From positions 8,201-72,200 of the forward strand of contig JAQICC010000172.1 in the NCBI GenBank assembly GCA_027858735.1: a stretch of 64,000 nucleotides of DNA, given 5' to 3'. How positions within the stretch are numbered: position 1 is the stretch's first letter; every line of letters starts with the position of its first letter. The stretch is from Salinivirgaceae bacterium (GTDB lineage Bacteria; Bacteroidota; Bacteroidia; Bacteroidales; SZUA-534). Shown here in pieces: positions 48,902 through 57,897 of this stretch. The notes beneath the pieces are model-generated. The model searched no databases. It worked only from the letters and a program-made list of their open reading frames with translations, and had not been told where the DNA came from. The translations under genes were made by a program, and so were the position numbers.

Positions 48902-49080
48902 AAGTATTTTTCATGTAATGATTTTAGATGTTTTTTTGGATCAAAATTTTCAACCATTCCTGATCTTTCACCTTCTTCTATTGCAGCTCTTAGTTTTTTG
49001 ATTTTTAATTCCGTTCATAGCTAAATATTGTCTTAGGGTTAAAATTAATGTTTTATTTATGTAATCCAAGCGATATTTTG
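48898..49080 (-). pseudogene. ParD-type antitoxin remnant
   Basis: LKIKKLRAAIEEGERSGMVENFDPKKHLKSLHEKYL* with its stop overlapping the toxin ATG (TTATGA). The N-terminal part is only recoverable across a frameshift (..YINKTLILTLRQYLAMNG..). Confidence 0.55.
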
Positions 49081-49185
49081 CGGGGTTTCTAGGTACAAAT
49101 TAGGTTTCAATCCGCTCGTAAACCGCATTGGGCATATTGTGGGTTATAGCCAGTGGCCTTATAATCTGTCATCAAAATATAAAAT

Positions 49186-51375
49186 CTAACTTTCGTTATT
49201 GAAATACACATGCATTAACTCTAATAATTTTTTCTTTGAAATTGGTTTCGATATATAATCATTACATCCCGACTCTATAGACTTTTCTCTATCTCCAACA
49301 AGACTATATGCTGTTTGAGCAATAATGATAATATTTTTATTGAACTGACGAATTAGTCGAGTGGCTTCATATCCATCAATAATTGGCATTTTAATATCCA
49401 TCAGAATTAAATCAATGTCAGGATTATTGCGGCAAATTTCAACTACCTCTACACCTGTACTTGCTTTTAAAATCTCACTGGTGAATTTCTCAAGTTCGAT
49501 TTCAATTAGCATTGCCGAGGCTTTGTCATCTTCGGCAATAAGTATTTTCAGATTTTTAATTTGATTCTCATCCTTCAAATCAATATCAATTTTAACAAAA
49601 GTGTTCTTAGCGATCATTTCAGTATTGTAAGGAATTGTGAAATAAAATACGGAACCTTGACCTACTTCACTTGCAACCCAAATTTCACCACCAAGTAATC
49701 CTACATAAGCTTTTGAAATGGCCAAGCCCAGACCTGCACCCTGCTGTGCCATTTTATCTTCAATATCAACTTGAATAAATCTTTCAAATATAACTTCCTG
49801 CTTGGCGATTGGGATCCCAATACCTGTATCTTTTACAAAAATTTCGAGATGCTTTTCTTTTACTTCATACCCAAATTCTATTGAACCTTGCAAAGTAAAC
49901 TTAATTGCATTTTTCAACAAATTGACAAGAACTGATGCTAATTTCTCACCGTCTGTTTTAATAATAACTTTTTTTGAAGGCACGGGAATTTTACATACAA
50001 ATTGTATACCCTTATCTATAATTTCTGATTTGAAGAAAATATGAATGTAATCGATTATTTCATTAATGTCCAACTCTTCAGAATTCACTTGCAATATCCC
50101 AGATTCTATTTTTGACATATCGATAATATCATCAATAATATTGAGCATTCTGTTTCCTGATTTTTCAATAACTTGAATATATTGCTGCTGTTGATCAATC
50201 AATAAATCAGGTTCTTTGAGTAAGTCAGCAAAGCCTAGAATGCCGTTCATTGGGGTGCGGATTTCATGGCTCATATTAGCAAGAAATGCTGACTTTAAAC
50301 GCTCGCTTTCTTCTGCTTTTTCTTTAGCTTCAATTAGTTTTCTATTTATTTGTTTGTACTCATTATTTTTTTCTACCAGTTTTCTTTCATAAACCTTTCT
50401 TCTTGTAATATTTACACCAATACTGGCAACACCAATTACTTCATTTGAATCGGAATGCAAAACTGTATTATACCATGATATATGTAATTGTTCTCCACTT
50501 TTTGACAAAATCATAATCTCATAATTCTTTTCAAGGCTTTTTGAATTTATACTATTTGAAAAAACTTGATGTATTTCATCTTTTATATCCTTTGGAATAA
50601 ATATTTCGAACCAATTTTTACCCATTATTTCCTTTTGTGCATATCCCGTAATCTGCAATAAATAATTATTACAATATTTAATACTTCCATCTTTATTTAA
50701 TAATAGTGACAGTATATTACCACTTTCCAAAACCTGTGTCAATCTACGTTCTGATTCATCCAATTTTAATTTAGCCCATCTATTTTTTTTGTTTTTATAT
50801 TGTCTCAACATAATAACGCCGAGTAACATTGTAGATGGCGAATAAATAAAAATAAGAGGTAGGGCAATAGTTTTAAGAGTAGATAAAATTTTATCAGATG
50901 GCAAGAGGAATGTACATAAAGCCATTGCAATATGTACTAGAATTCCCAATGTTAATAGTTCCAAATAAGGTTTCTTTGTTTTCCAATTTGGCCTGAAACT
51001 TCTCCATAACAAACCTATTGTTCCCGAAGAAATAATTACAGCAATGCCCATCCATCTTCCATCTCCACCAATTAGCAATCTAATTATGCTTGTAATTGCC
51101 ATTGTTATTATTGTTGGAATTGGGCCAAAAAATAATCCTGCTATGGTAATCATAACAGAACGAGTATCGAAAACGATACCTGGCACCCATGACCATGGAG
51201 TAAACATTAATACAACACCAATACCGCTCAATATTAATCCAATTTTTATTTTTGCGCCTATACTTTTAGAGTTTTCATTGTTAATCCAGAAGTTCTCATA
51301 TAGCAGTGCAAAGGCCAATAAGATGGCTGTGTTTTGTAACAACTCTATTATAATTGAATCTTTCATTAAATTCAA
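49186..51375 (-). CDS. Hybrid sensor histidine kinase/response regulator with 5TMR-LYT membrane domain and PAS domain
   Basis: N-terminal polytopic LLQNTAILLAFALLYE... domain, PAS region, H-box SHEIRTPMNGILG, GAGLGLAISK, C-terminal receiver ILIAEDD...ILMDIKMPIIDG. Confidence 0.85.
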   Translation of the reverse strand: MNLMKDSIIIELLQNTAILLAFALLYENFWINNENSKSIGAKIKIGLILSGIGVVLMFTPWSWVPGIVFDTRSVMITIAGLFFGPIPTIITMAITSIIRLLIGGDGRWMGIAVIISSGTIGLLWRSFRPNWKTKKPYLELLTLGILVHIAMALCTFLLPSDKILSTLKTIALPLIFIYSPSTMLLGVIMLRQYKNKKNRWAKLKLDESERRLTQVLESGNILSLLLNKDGSIKYCNNYLLQITGYAQKEIMGKNWFEIFIPKDIKDEIHQVFSNSINSKSLEKNYEIMILSKSGEQLHISWYNTVLHSDSNEVIGVASIGVNITRRKVYERKLVEKNNEYKQINRKLIEAKEKAEESERLKSAFLANMSHEIRTPMNGILGFADLLKEPDLLIDQQQQYIQVIEKSGNRMLNIIDDIIDMSKIESGILQVNSEELDINEIIDYIHIFFKSEIIDKGIQFVCKIPVPSKKVIIKTDGEKLASVLVNLLKNAIKFTLQGSIEFGYEVKEKHLEIFVKDTGIGIPIAKQEVIFERFIQVDIEDKMAQQGAGLGLAISKAYVGLLGGEIWVASEVGQGSVFYFTIPYNTEMIAKNTFVKIDIDLKDENQIKNLKILIAEDDKASAMLIEIELEKFTSEILKASTGVEVVEICRNNPDIDLILMDIKMPIIDGYEATRLIRQFNKNIIIIAQTAYSLVGDREKSIESGCNDYISKPISKKKLLELMHVYFNNES

Positions 51376-51507
51376 TAATTATTAAGGTTTATATCTAAAG
51401 TATTCTCAAAAATTTATTATTTGAAATTAAACAAATTATTTGAATATCTATTTGTCTGTTTTTTTACACAAATAATATGGCTTACCTATAGGCTCCTGCT
51501 AAAATGT

Positions 51508-51672
51508 CCTAAATAGTCTCCGTAAGAAAACTCCAATAATTTCGTTACTCTAGCATTTTAATCAGTCAATTACAAAAGTAAACTCCTGATTTTCAATACT
51601 GCGAATACCGATAACTATCGTGTACATTCTTGGAGCTTTCTTTTCAGAGACAGAGTTTTCTTGCACGCACTA
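51508..51672 (-). ncRNA. Copy 2 of the repeated structured element (candidate ncRNA or MITE)
   Basis: Its reverse complement aligns with 5293-5445. It carries an extra hairpin cgatagttatcg and a different central hairpin. It starts 26 nt after the stop of the S9 peptidase gene, on the same strand. Confidence 0.5.
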
Positions 51673-51697
51673 TATAATGTATTGGAATAATGGATTT

Positions 51698-53794
51698 CTA
51701 TTTCAAATATTTATCCAACCAATCAAAAAACTCACGTTGCCACAAAATGGCATTTTGGGGTTGACTTACGAAATGTGTTTCTTCTGGAAAATACAAAAGC
51801 TTGCTTGGTATACCTTGCAACTGAGCGGCATTAAACGCTTGTAGTGATTCCGTGTAAGGTATTCTAAAATCTTTTCCTCCCGTTATAATTAAAATAGGAG
51901 TATCCCAATTTTGAACAAATTTATGAGGCGAATTGGCATATGATTTTTGGGCTACTTCATTATCAACCTCCCAAGGCATCCCACCCATATCGTGATTCAC
52001 AAAAAATGTTTCTTCTGTAGCAACAGCAAAACTTTCAAGGTTATACATTCCACAATGTGAAATAAAAGCTTTAAACCTTTTTTCATGATGCCCTGCTAAA
52101 TAAAAAGTTGAATAGCCACCATAACTTGCTCCCACACAACCCAATTTATTTTCATCAATAAAAGGCTCTGTTTTTAAGGCATCAATGGCCGATAGGTAAT
52201 CTTTAATATTCTGTCCTGCATAATCGGTTGAAATTTGCGCATTCCATTCCCGACCAAAAGAAGGCAACCCTCTTCGATTTGGAGCTACAATAATATAATC
52301 GTTAGCTGCCATGATGGCGAAATTCCAACGGTACGAGAAAAATTGACTCACAGCCGATTGTGGTCCACCCTGACAATATAATAATGCCGGATACTTTTTA
52401 TTGGCATCAAAATTTGGTGGATATATCACCCAAACAAGCATATCCTTACCATCAGTAGTTTTAATCCATCGCTCTTCGGTATGCCCAAGATTAATGCTAT
52501 CGTAAATGTTTTTATTTATAAATGTTACCTGAGTGTCTTTGCCTGAAGCTTCATTAATAACAAATATTTCAGCAGCCATTTGATGCGTGGTTTTTGAGCC
52601 AATAATATTACCACTTGCCATTGAGAATCCTTGATAGTCGTGCTGACCTTTGGTTATTTGGGTAAATTCTTTAGATGCGATGGTAACTTTATATATTTGA
52701 GAGGTAGCCTTTATTCCACTCATAAAATAAATCACTTTGCCATCGCTATTCCATACGTAATCATATGCGTTCTGATCCCAACTCTCATTCAAATAATGCT
52801 TTTTACCACTTGCTAAATCCAGCACCATTAGTCGTTCTTTGTCAGCTTCATAACCTGGTGTTTCCATGCTCATCCATGCAATTTTATTTCCATCGGGCGA
52901 AAACACTGGATACTTATCATAACCTTTATTATCTTTTGTAATATTTTTAGTCTCTTTGGTTTCAATATCGTACAAGTATATGTCGGAATTTGTACTAACT
53001 GCATATTTTCTACCATATAATTTTTTACAGGTGTAAGCAATGGTTTTACCACTAGGGCTCCAGCTTATTTCAGATTCGTCAAAATAAGGTGATAAAGGAG
53101 CATCCCACTTTTCACCCTCCATAATATCAACTCCCTCTTTTACTTTTGAATCAATAACCTCAGCAACAAAAATGTGAGAGAATTTATAATCTGTCCAATC
53201 ATTCCAATGACGGTACATTAAATCATCCATTACCCTAGCATTAGCTTCAGGTAAATCAGCATGTTTTTCAAGAACTGTGGTTTCCAGCTTTACATCTTTC
53301 AAATAAAACATCTTTGAACCATCGGGCGATATACGGAAGGCATTTACGCCCCCTTCAATTTCAGAAAAAGGCATTCTAGCAGAACCGTCGTAGTTCATTA
53401 CCCAAACCTGATAATCACCATAGCGATTCGAAAGAAAAGCAATACGACCGTCGGGCATCCAGGTTGGTGACACATCCATAAACCTATCCTCGGTTAATAG
53501 ATTGGGTTCACCACCTTTGGCCGGTATAACATAAACATTCGATGTTTTTTTTAGGGTTTTTGCATCATACCTGCTCACACTGTAAACAATAAATTCGCCA
53601 TCAGGAGATAATTCAGCATTACCAAGCCTCCCAAATTTCCATAAAATTTCGGGGGTTAGTTTTGCATCTTTAATTTCTTTTTCGGTAAGTTCGCCGCTAA
53701 AATCTGATACTACTTCAAGTTCGGTTGTTTTTTCAGTGTTGCACGATACCAGAACCATAAACCCAAGTAATACTAACAAAAATAAATTCTTCAT
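51698..53794 (-). CDS. S9 family serine peptidase with N-terminal PD40/WD40-like beta-propeller (secreted)
   Basis: Signal peptide with lipobox-like LVSC, propeller repeats (SPDG...), catalytic GASYGGY, C-terminal peptidase_S9 domain. Confidence 0.85.
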   Translation of the reverse strand: MKNLFLLVLLGFMVLVSCNTEKTTELEVVSDFSGELTEKEIKDAKLTPEILWKFGRLGNAELSPDGEFIVYSVSRYDAKTLKKTSNVYVIPAKGGEPNLLTEDRFMDVSPTWMPDGRIAFLSNRYGDYQVWVMNYDGSARMPFSEIEGGVNAFRISPDGSKMFYLKDVKLETTVLEKHADLPEANARVMDDLMYRHWNDWTDYKFSHIFVAEVIDSKVKEGVDIMEGEKWDAPLSPYFDESEISWSPSGKTIAYTCKKLYGRKYAVSTNSDIYLYDIETKETKNITKDNKGYDKYPVFSPDGNKIAWMSMETPGYEADKERLMVLDLASGKKHYLNESWDQNAYDYVWNSDGKVIYFMSGIKATSQIYKVTIASKEFTQITKGQHDYQGFSMASGNIIGSKTTHQMAAEIFVINEASGKDTQVTFINKNIYDSINLGHTEERWIKTTDGKDMLVWVIYPPNFDANKKYPALLYCQGGPQSAVSQFFSYRWNFAIMAANDYIIVAPNRRGLPSFGREWNAQISTDYAGQNIKDYLSAIDALKTEPFIDENKLGCVGASYGGYSTFYLAGHHEKRFKAFISHCGMYNLESFAVATEETFFVNHDMGGMPWEVDNEVAQKSYANSPHKFVQNWDTPILIITGGKDFRIPYTESLQAFNAAQLQGIPSKLLYFPEETHFVSQPQNAILWQREFFDWLDKYLK

Positions 53795-53832
53795 TTTATT
53801 CGATTTAGTTTAATTATAACATCATTTAAGTT

Positions 53833-53840
53833 CAAAGATA
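53833..53840 (-). promoter_or_regulatory. -7 promoter box (TATCTTTG on minus strand) for the S9 peptidase gene
   Basis: caaagata, 39 nt upstream of ATG 53794. Confidence 0.4.
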
Positions 53841-53888
53841 ACAAGGAATATATGCACAGCTGAATATTTTTTTGCAGTTATAAAGCAC

Positions 53889-53924
53889 AAAAAAAGCCCT
53901 GAATTAAAATCCAGAGCTTTTTTT
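53889..53924 (-). terminator. Bidirectional A-run/hairpin/T-run terminator after the prolyl oligopeptidase gene
   Basis: aaaaaaagccctgaattaaaatccagagcttttttt. A 40-nt block is shared with 56495-56533. Confidence 0.6.
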
Positions 53925-53970
53925 GTTTTTTCTACATTCACAATTTTTGTTTCATGCTCCTTACATAAAC

Positions 53971-56136
53971 CTAATCCTTTAGGTTATAATCCGGATGGCC
54001 GGTTTGCCAAAGGGCAAAGGATATTGCATCGGCTAATTGTTTATAAACTTTGTTCTCATCAGCCTGTAAACCATGGCCCCCTTCAAAATCGACTGAAAAT
54101 AAAATGGGCTTATCCGATTTATTATAGGCCTGCATTTTCGCGGCAAACTTTCCTGGCTGCCATACCTGTACCCTATTGTCATTCATGCCAGCTGTCAGAT
54201 AAATTGCAGGATAGTTAACATTCTTTTTTATACTTTGATAGGCATCCATTTCTAACAAATATAAAAACTCCAGAGAATCATTTGCATTTCCAAATTCATA
54301 TACATTATCCTGCCCATTGGGGCCAAACTGAACCCGTGTAGTATTTAGAATCCCCACCTCAATAATAGCCGCCGCATACAAATCGGGTCTTTCAGTTATA
54401 GCTCTTCCAATTAGTATACCCCCAGCACTACCACTCCATATGGCATGTTTTTCAGGTGAAGTATACCCATTTTTTATCAAGTACTCTGAACAAGCTATAA
54501 AATCTTTCCAGGTATTGGGCTTTGTTTTTTTATACCCCCCCATATACCAGGCATCACCTTTTTCACCACCACCACGTACATGAGCGGATGCATAAATCCC
54601 ACCTGCTCTAATCCAACTTAATAAATAGATATCAAGAAAAGGGGAATCATTTGAACCATATGCACCATAACCAGTCATTAAAAGTCTGTTTTTACCATCT
54701 AGCTTCGTTCCTTTCTTATATATAATTGATAATGGTACTTTAACTCCATCGTGCGATACTACTTCGATTTCTTCTACAATCGTATTTTCAGTCGCCTTAA
54801 ATTTTTTAATAGGATATATGTTTTCTTCAACAAATAATTCTTTTTCAAAATCATACCTGTAACTTTCCAAATTAGAAGTCCATCCTTTTATTCGAATCCA
54901 GATTTTTTTGCTATAATCTCCATAAGTGGTTAGTTTTAAGGTTCCTGCAACTTTAGGTATTGTAACTTGTTTGGCAATTAAATCCGTTTTACAGAACAAC
55001 TGAGCATCAACACCATTTTTTGTTTTAACATAGAATAAACCCTTTTCACTTAACAAAAAGTCAGTAATTACTGCCATTGTATCCTCAGGTACTACTATTT
55101 CAGGGTTTGAAAAATCAGGATTTATTAGCGAAGTTTTACAAATTTTATAATTCGGTGCATTAAAGGCTGATGTAAAGTATAGTGAGTCGTTTTTAACAAA
55201 GAATTGGTCTATTTTATCTTTTTGTTTGAATAAAGGTTTCCAATCGATTACTCCATCAATAGTATTTATATTTGTAAAATAAAAATCATTGAATCTTCTT
55301 GGACCAGAAATTCCTCCAAATAAGTAGTTGTTTTCTTTATAAATAGTAGGGAAATCTTCCTCATTAATATTAAGTGCTGGATTATTCCTTTTTGAAAGCA
55401 ATACCTTTTTTTTTGATGCCCTATTATTAAATTTATATAAGACTGACTCTGAATTTAGCAAAGAATTTTCTGAGGTATTATCAATAACTGGGATATTCAA
55501 ATAAATGATACCTGAATTATCAGGCAACCACAATATACCACCAAACTCGGATGGCCAGCAATGATCTATTGTATCTGTCATTATTAGCTCTGTGGCAACA
55601 TCTAAAAAAATCACTTTCGAAAACTCTTCATCGTTTTTGGTCAAACCAATCGCAATTTTTGATCCATCTTCATTTGGGTTTATGTAATTAATTAGGTAAT
55701 TATTGCTTGTTTTTGGCATAAAATATGAAGGATCATACAATAGCTTTTCCTCACCTTCAAAACCATTTCTAAAAAATAATTTTCCAACCGATTCATTGTT
55801 AACGTATTTAAGATAAAAACACCTATTATTATTTGCTACTTTAAGCATGGAAGTTTCAGGAGTTGTATCTTCCTTTATTGTAAGCTTCTCCACTATTTGG
55901 CTCCAACCCGAAATATTCCGAACAATACTTTTCGAATAACTATCCTGCTTTTTATACCAGACTAATAAAGTAGTATCATCAAGGTTTTCTAAAAAACGGT
56001 AAGGATCATTTAACTCATATCCAAAAGAACTCTCCGCAACCTTGCTTTCTGGTAATAACAAATAATTATACTTATGTTTTGTTGTACAACCTATTGCTAA
56101 AATAGTAATTAATACAAATTTGTAGTAGAATTTCAT
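53971..56136 (-). CDS. Prolyl oligopeptidase family (S9A) lipoprotein
   Basis: Lipobox LAIGC. N-terminal DPYRFLEN motif, beta-propeller, catalytic SGSAGGIL and C-terminal GGHG. Confidence 0.85.
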   Translation of the reverse strand: MKFYYKFVLITILAIGCTTKHKYNYLLLPESKVAESSFGYELNDPYRFLENLDDTTLLVWYKKQDSYSKSIVRNISGWSQIVEKLTIKEDTTPETSMLKVANNNRCFYLKYVNNESVGKLFFRNGFEGEEKLLYDPSYFMPKTSNNYLINYINPNEDGSKIAIGLTKNDEEFSKVIFLDVATELIMTDTIDHCWPSEFGGILWLPDNSGIIYLNIPVIDNTSENSLLNSESVLYKFNNRASKKKVLLSKRNNPALNINEEDFPTIYKENNYLFGGISGPRRFNDFYFTNINTIDGVIDWKPLFKQKDKIDQFFVKNDSLYFTSAFNAPNYKICKTSLINPDFSNPEIVVPEDTMAVITDFLLSEKGLFYVKTKNGVDAQLFCKTDLIAKQVTIPKVAGTLKLTTYGDYSKKIWIRIKGWTSNLESYRYDFEKELFVEENIYPIKKFKATENTIVEEIEVVSHDGVKVPLSIIYKKGTKLDGKNRLLMTGYGAYGSNDSPFLDIYLLSWIRAGGIYASAHVRGGGEKGDAWYMGGYKKTKPNTWKDFIACSEYLIKNGYTSPEKHAIWSGSAGGILIGRAITERPDLYAAAIIEVGILNTTRVQFGPNGQDNVYEFGNANDSLEFLYLLEMDAYQSIKKNVNYPAIYLTAGMNDNRVQVWQPGKFAAKMQAYNKSDKPILFSVDFEGGHGLQADENKVYKQLADAISFALWQTGHPDYNLKD

Positions 56137-56203
56137 TTTTCTGGTTTTAAATATCTAATAAAAAAATGGGTTATAATAAAAAATTATTAACAACCCAAAA
56201 AAA

Positions 56204-56344
56204 TCATGAATGTGTACCGCCAGTTCCTGTTTTGACACGATTATGACCACCATCTGTAGCAGTACCTCCTACTATTTTTTGAAGACCAGCAGTGTTTAAT
56301 ACGATGTGCTTTTTGACGTCTAGTTTTGAACGATTCTTTCTCAC
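56204..56344 (-). CDS. Small GG-leader peptide (bacteriocin/RiPP-precursor-like, 46 aa, not in ORF track)
   Basis: GTG 56344. (M)RKNRSKLDVKKHIVLNTAGLQKIVGG-TATDGGHNRVKTGTGGTHS, TGA at 56204-56206. The leader fits the Bacteroidota KL.L.K..I..L....L..(I/V).GG pattern. It lies 67 nt upstream of, and co-oriented with, the S9A gene, after the upstream terminator. There is no in-frame ATG, so the start is uncertain. Confidence 0.45.
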   Translation of the reverse strand: MRKNRSKLDVKKHIVLNTAGLQKIVGGTATDGGHNRVKTGTGGTHS

Positions 56345-56502
56345 TTTTTTCCTATACTATTAATTTAAAATTTGAGTTGTAAATATAAAATCATTTAATA
56401 TTTATTACCACACATTTTATATTAATATTTATAAACTTAGGCCTTACTCAGAAATAAACATGAAATCTAAATGATGAAACATTTTTAAAAACTTTAAAGC
56501 AC

Positions 56503-56534
56503 AAAAAAAGCCCTGAATTAAAATTCAGAGCTTT
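56503..56534 (-). terminator. A-run/hairpin terminator after the oxidoreductase gene
   Basis: aaaaaaagccctgaattaaaattcagagcttt. On the minus strand the hairpin is followed by T7. Confidence 0.55.
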
Positions 56535-56836
56535 CATAATAACAAATATTTTCAGTTTTTAGGTAAGCCGTCTTTGGTCTTCAGTACGTAGTCTTTAGTC
56601 TTCAGTAACTTGCCGACTGTTTACTTTTTACAATATCTCACCTAAAAAACTCTTTATAAAGTTATCTTCCACAAAATTCCTAGCCTGAACTATGCATAAA
56701 TTTGGAAAAATATGCATAAAGGTCAGGATAGTCCCGACTTAAATGCAGTTAAACTTTTTTCAAAAGTTTTTACTAAATCTTAGTCGCTGTCGGAGACAGG
56801 GATTATTCGTGAATAATCCGGGTTAGACTTATATAA

Positions 56837-57811
56837 TTATTCAAATGGATATTTTAATCCAATTTTATTTCTAATTTCATCCATTAGCATCATCATTTTT
56901 TTGGTGCGTGATAGAGGCATTATGCTATTTTCCTTTTTTCTAGCAAGTAAATCGCTATTTACAGCTTCCGTTTCACAGTTGTAACCCATAGTGTCTGTTT
57001 TATCATTAAATACTTCCACAGAATCGCCTATGGTTAGCGTTGCCTTTTTGCTCATCCAAAAATCAGATATTTCAATAAACCCTTTGCTACCGCATATAAA
57101 GGCATTGTTTTTTAATCTATTTTTTATACTGCACGCCATTTGGCCTTGTACGCCATTTTTATATTTTATTTGAATAGTTAAAGTTTCGTCTACACCTGTT
57201 GAGGCAAATTTTGAATTAATATCAAGTCTTTCAATATCAGATTTGGCGAACATTTCAATTATTGTGAGAGGGTAAATGCCTATATCAAGAAGTGCACCAC
57301 CTGCTAAATGAGGGCTAAACAAACGCTCTGAAAATTCAGGAGCAGCCGGAAAACCGAAACTTGCTTGAATCACTTCTATATTACCAATTTTACCCTCGTT
57401 AATCCATTCAAATGTTTTATTAATAGCGGGTAAAAAAGCAGTCCACATGGCTTCCATGTAGTAGAGGTTTTTTGTTTTTGCTAATTTTTCCAATTCTTCA
57501 AATTCTTGAGCGTTTACGGTAGCAGGTTTTTCACACAACACATGTTTTCCATTTTCCAGACATAGTTTTGCATGCTCAAAATGAAAGTTATGTGTGGTAG
57601 CAATATATATAATAGCAACGTCGGGGTCTGATACTAAATCCCTATAGTTTCCATATGCCTTAGTAATATTAAAGCGCTTTGCAAACTCTTCTGATCGTAC
57701 TTTTGATCGGGCTCCGACTGCAATTACTTCACCCTTTTCTACAAGTTTAAAATCGGCAACAAATTTATCTGCTATCCAGCCGGCTCCTAAAATTCCCCAT
57801 TTAATTGTCAT
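56837..57811 (-). CDS. Gfo/Idh/MocA family oxidoreductase
   Basis: Rossmann N-terminus KWGILGAGWIADKF and LCEKP motif. ATG 57811 (MTIKWGILG) preferred over the tracked 57859. Confidence 0.85.
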   Translation of the reverse strand: MTIKWGILGAGWIADKFVADFKLVEKGEVIAVGARSKVRSEEFAKRFNITKAYGNYRDLVSDPDVAIIYIATTHNFHFEHAKLCLENGKHVLCEKPATVNAQEFEELEKLAKTKNLYYMEAMWTAFLPAINKTFEWINEGKIGNIEVIQASFGFPAAPEFSERLFSPHLAGGALLDIGIYPLTIIEMFAKSDIERLDINSKFASTGVDETLTIQIKYKNGVQGQMACSIKNRLKNNAFICGSKGFIEISDFWMSKKATLTIGDSVEVFNDKTDTMGYNCETEAVNSDLLARKKENSIMPLSRTKKMMMLMDEIRNKIGLKYPFE

Positions 57812-57897
57812 AATTGTTTTTTTAATTTGCAATGTAAAATACAAAAAAAGCCTCACCATAAAAAGGCAAGGCTTTGAAATATAAATTTATCGATATC

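Noticed and set aside
53971-56136. Interpreting the S9A prolyl oligopeptidase as a RiPP macrocyclase for the GG-leader peptide
   Set aside because: The enzyme has a lipoprotein signal, so it is probably exported, and the putative core peptide has no proline. The adjacency is reported as a finding but this specific mechanism is not supported.
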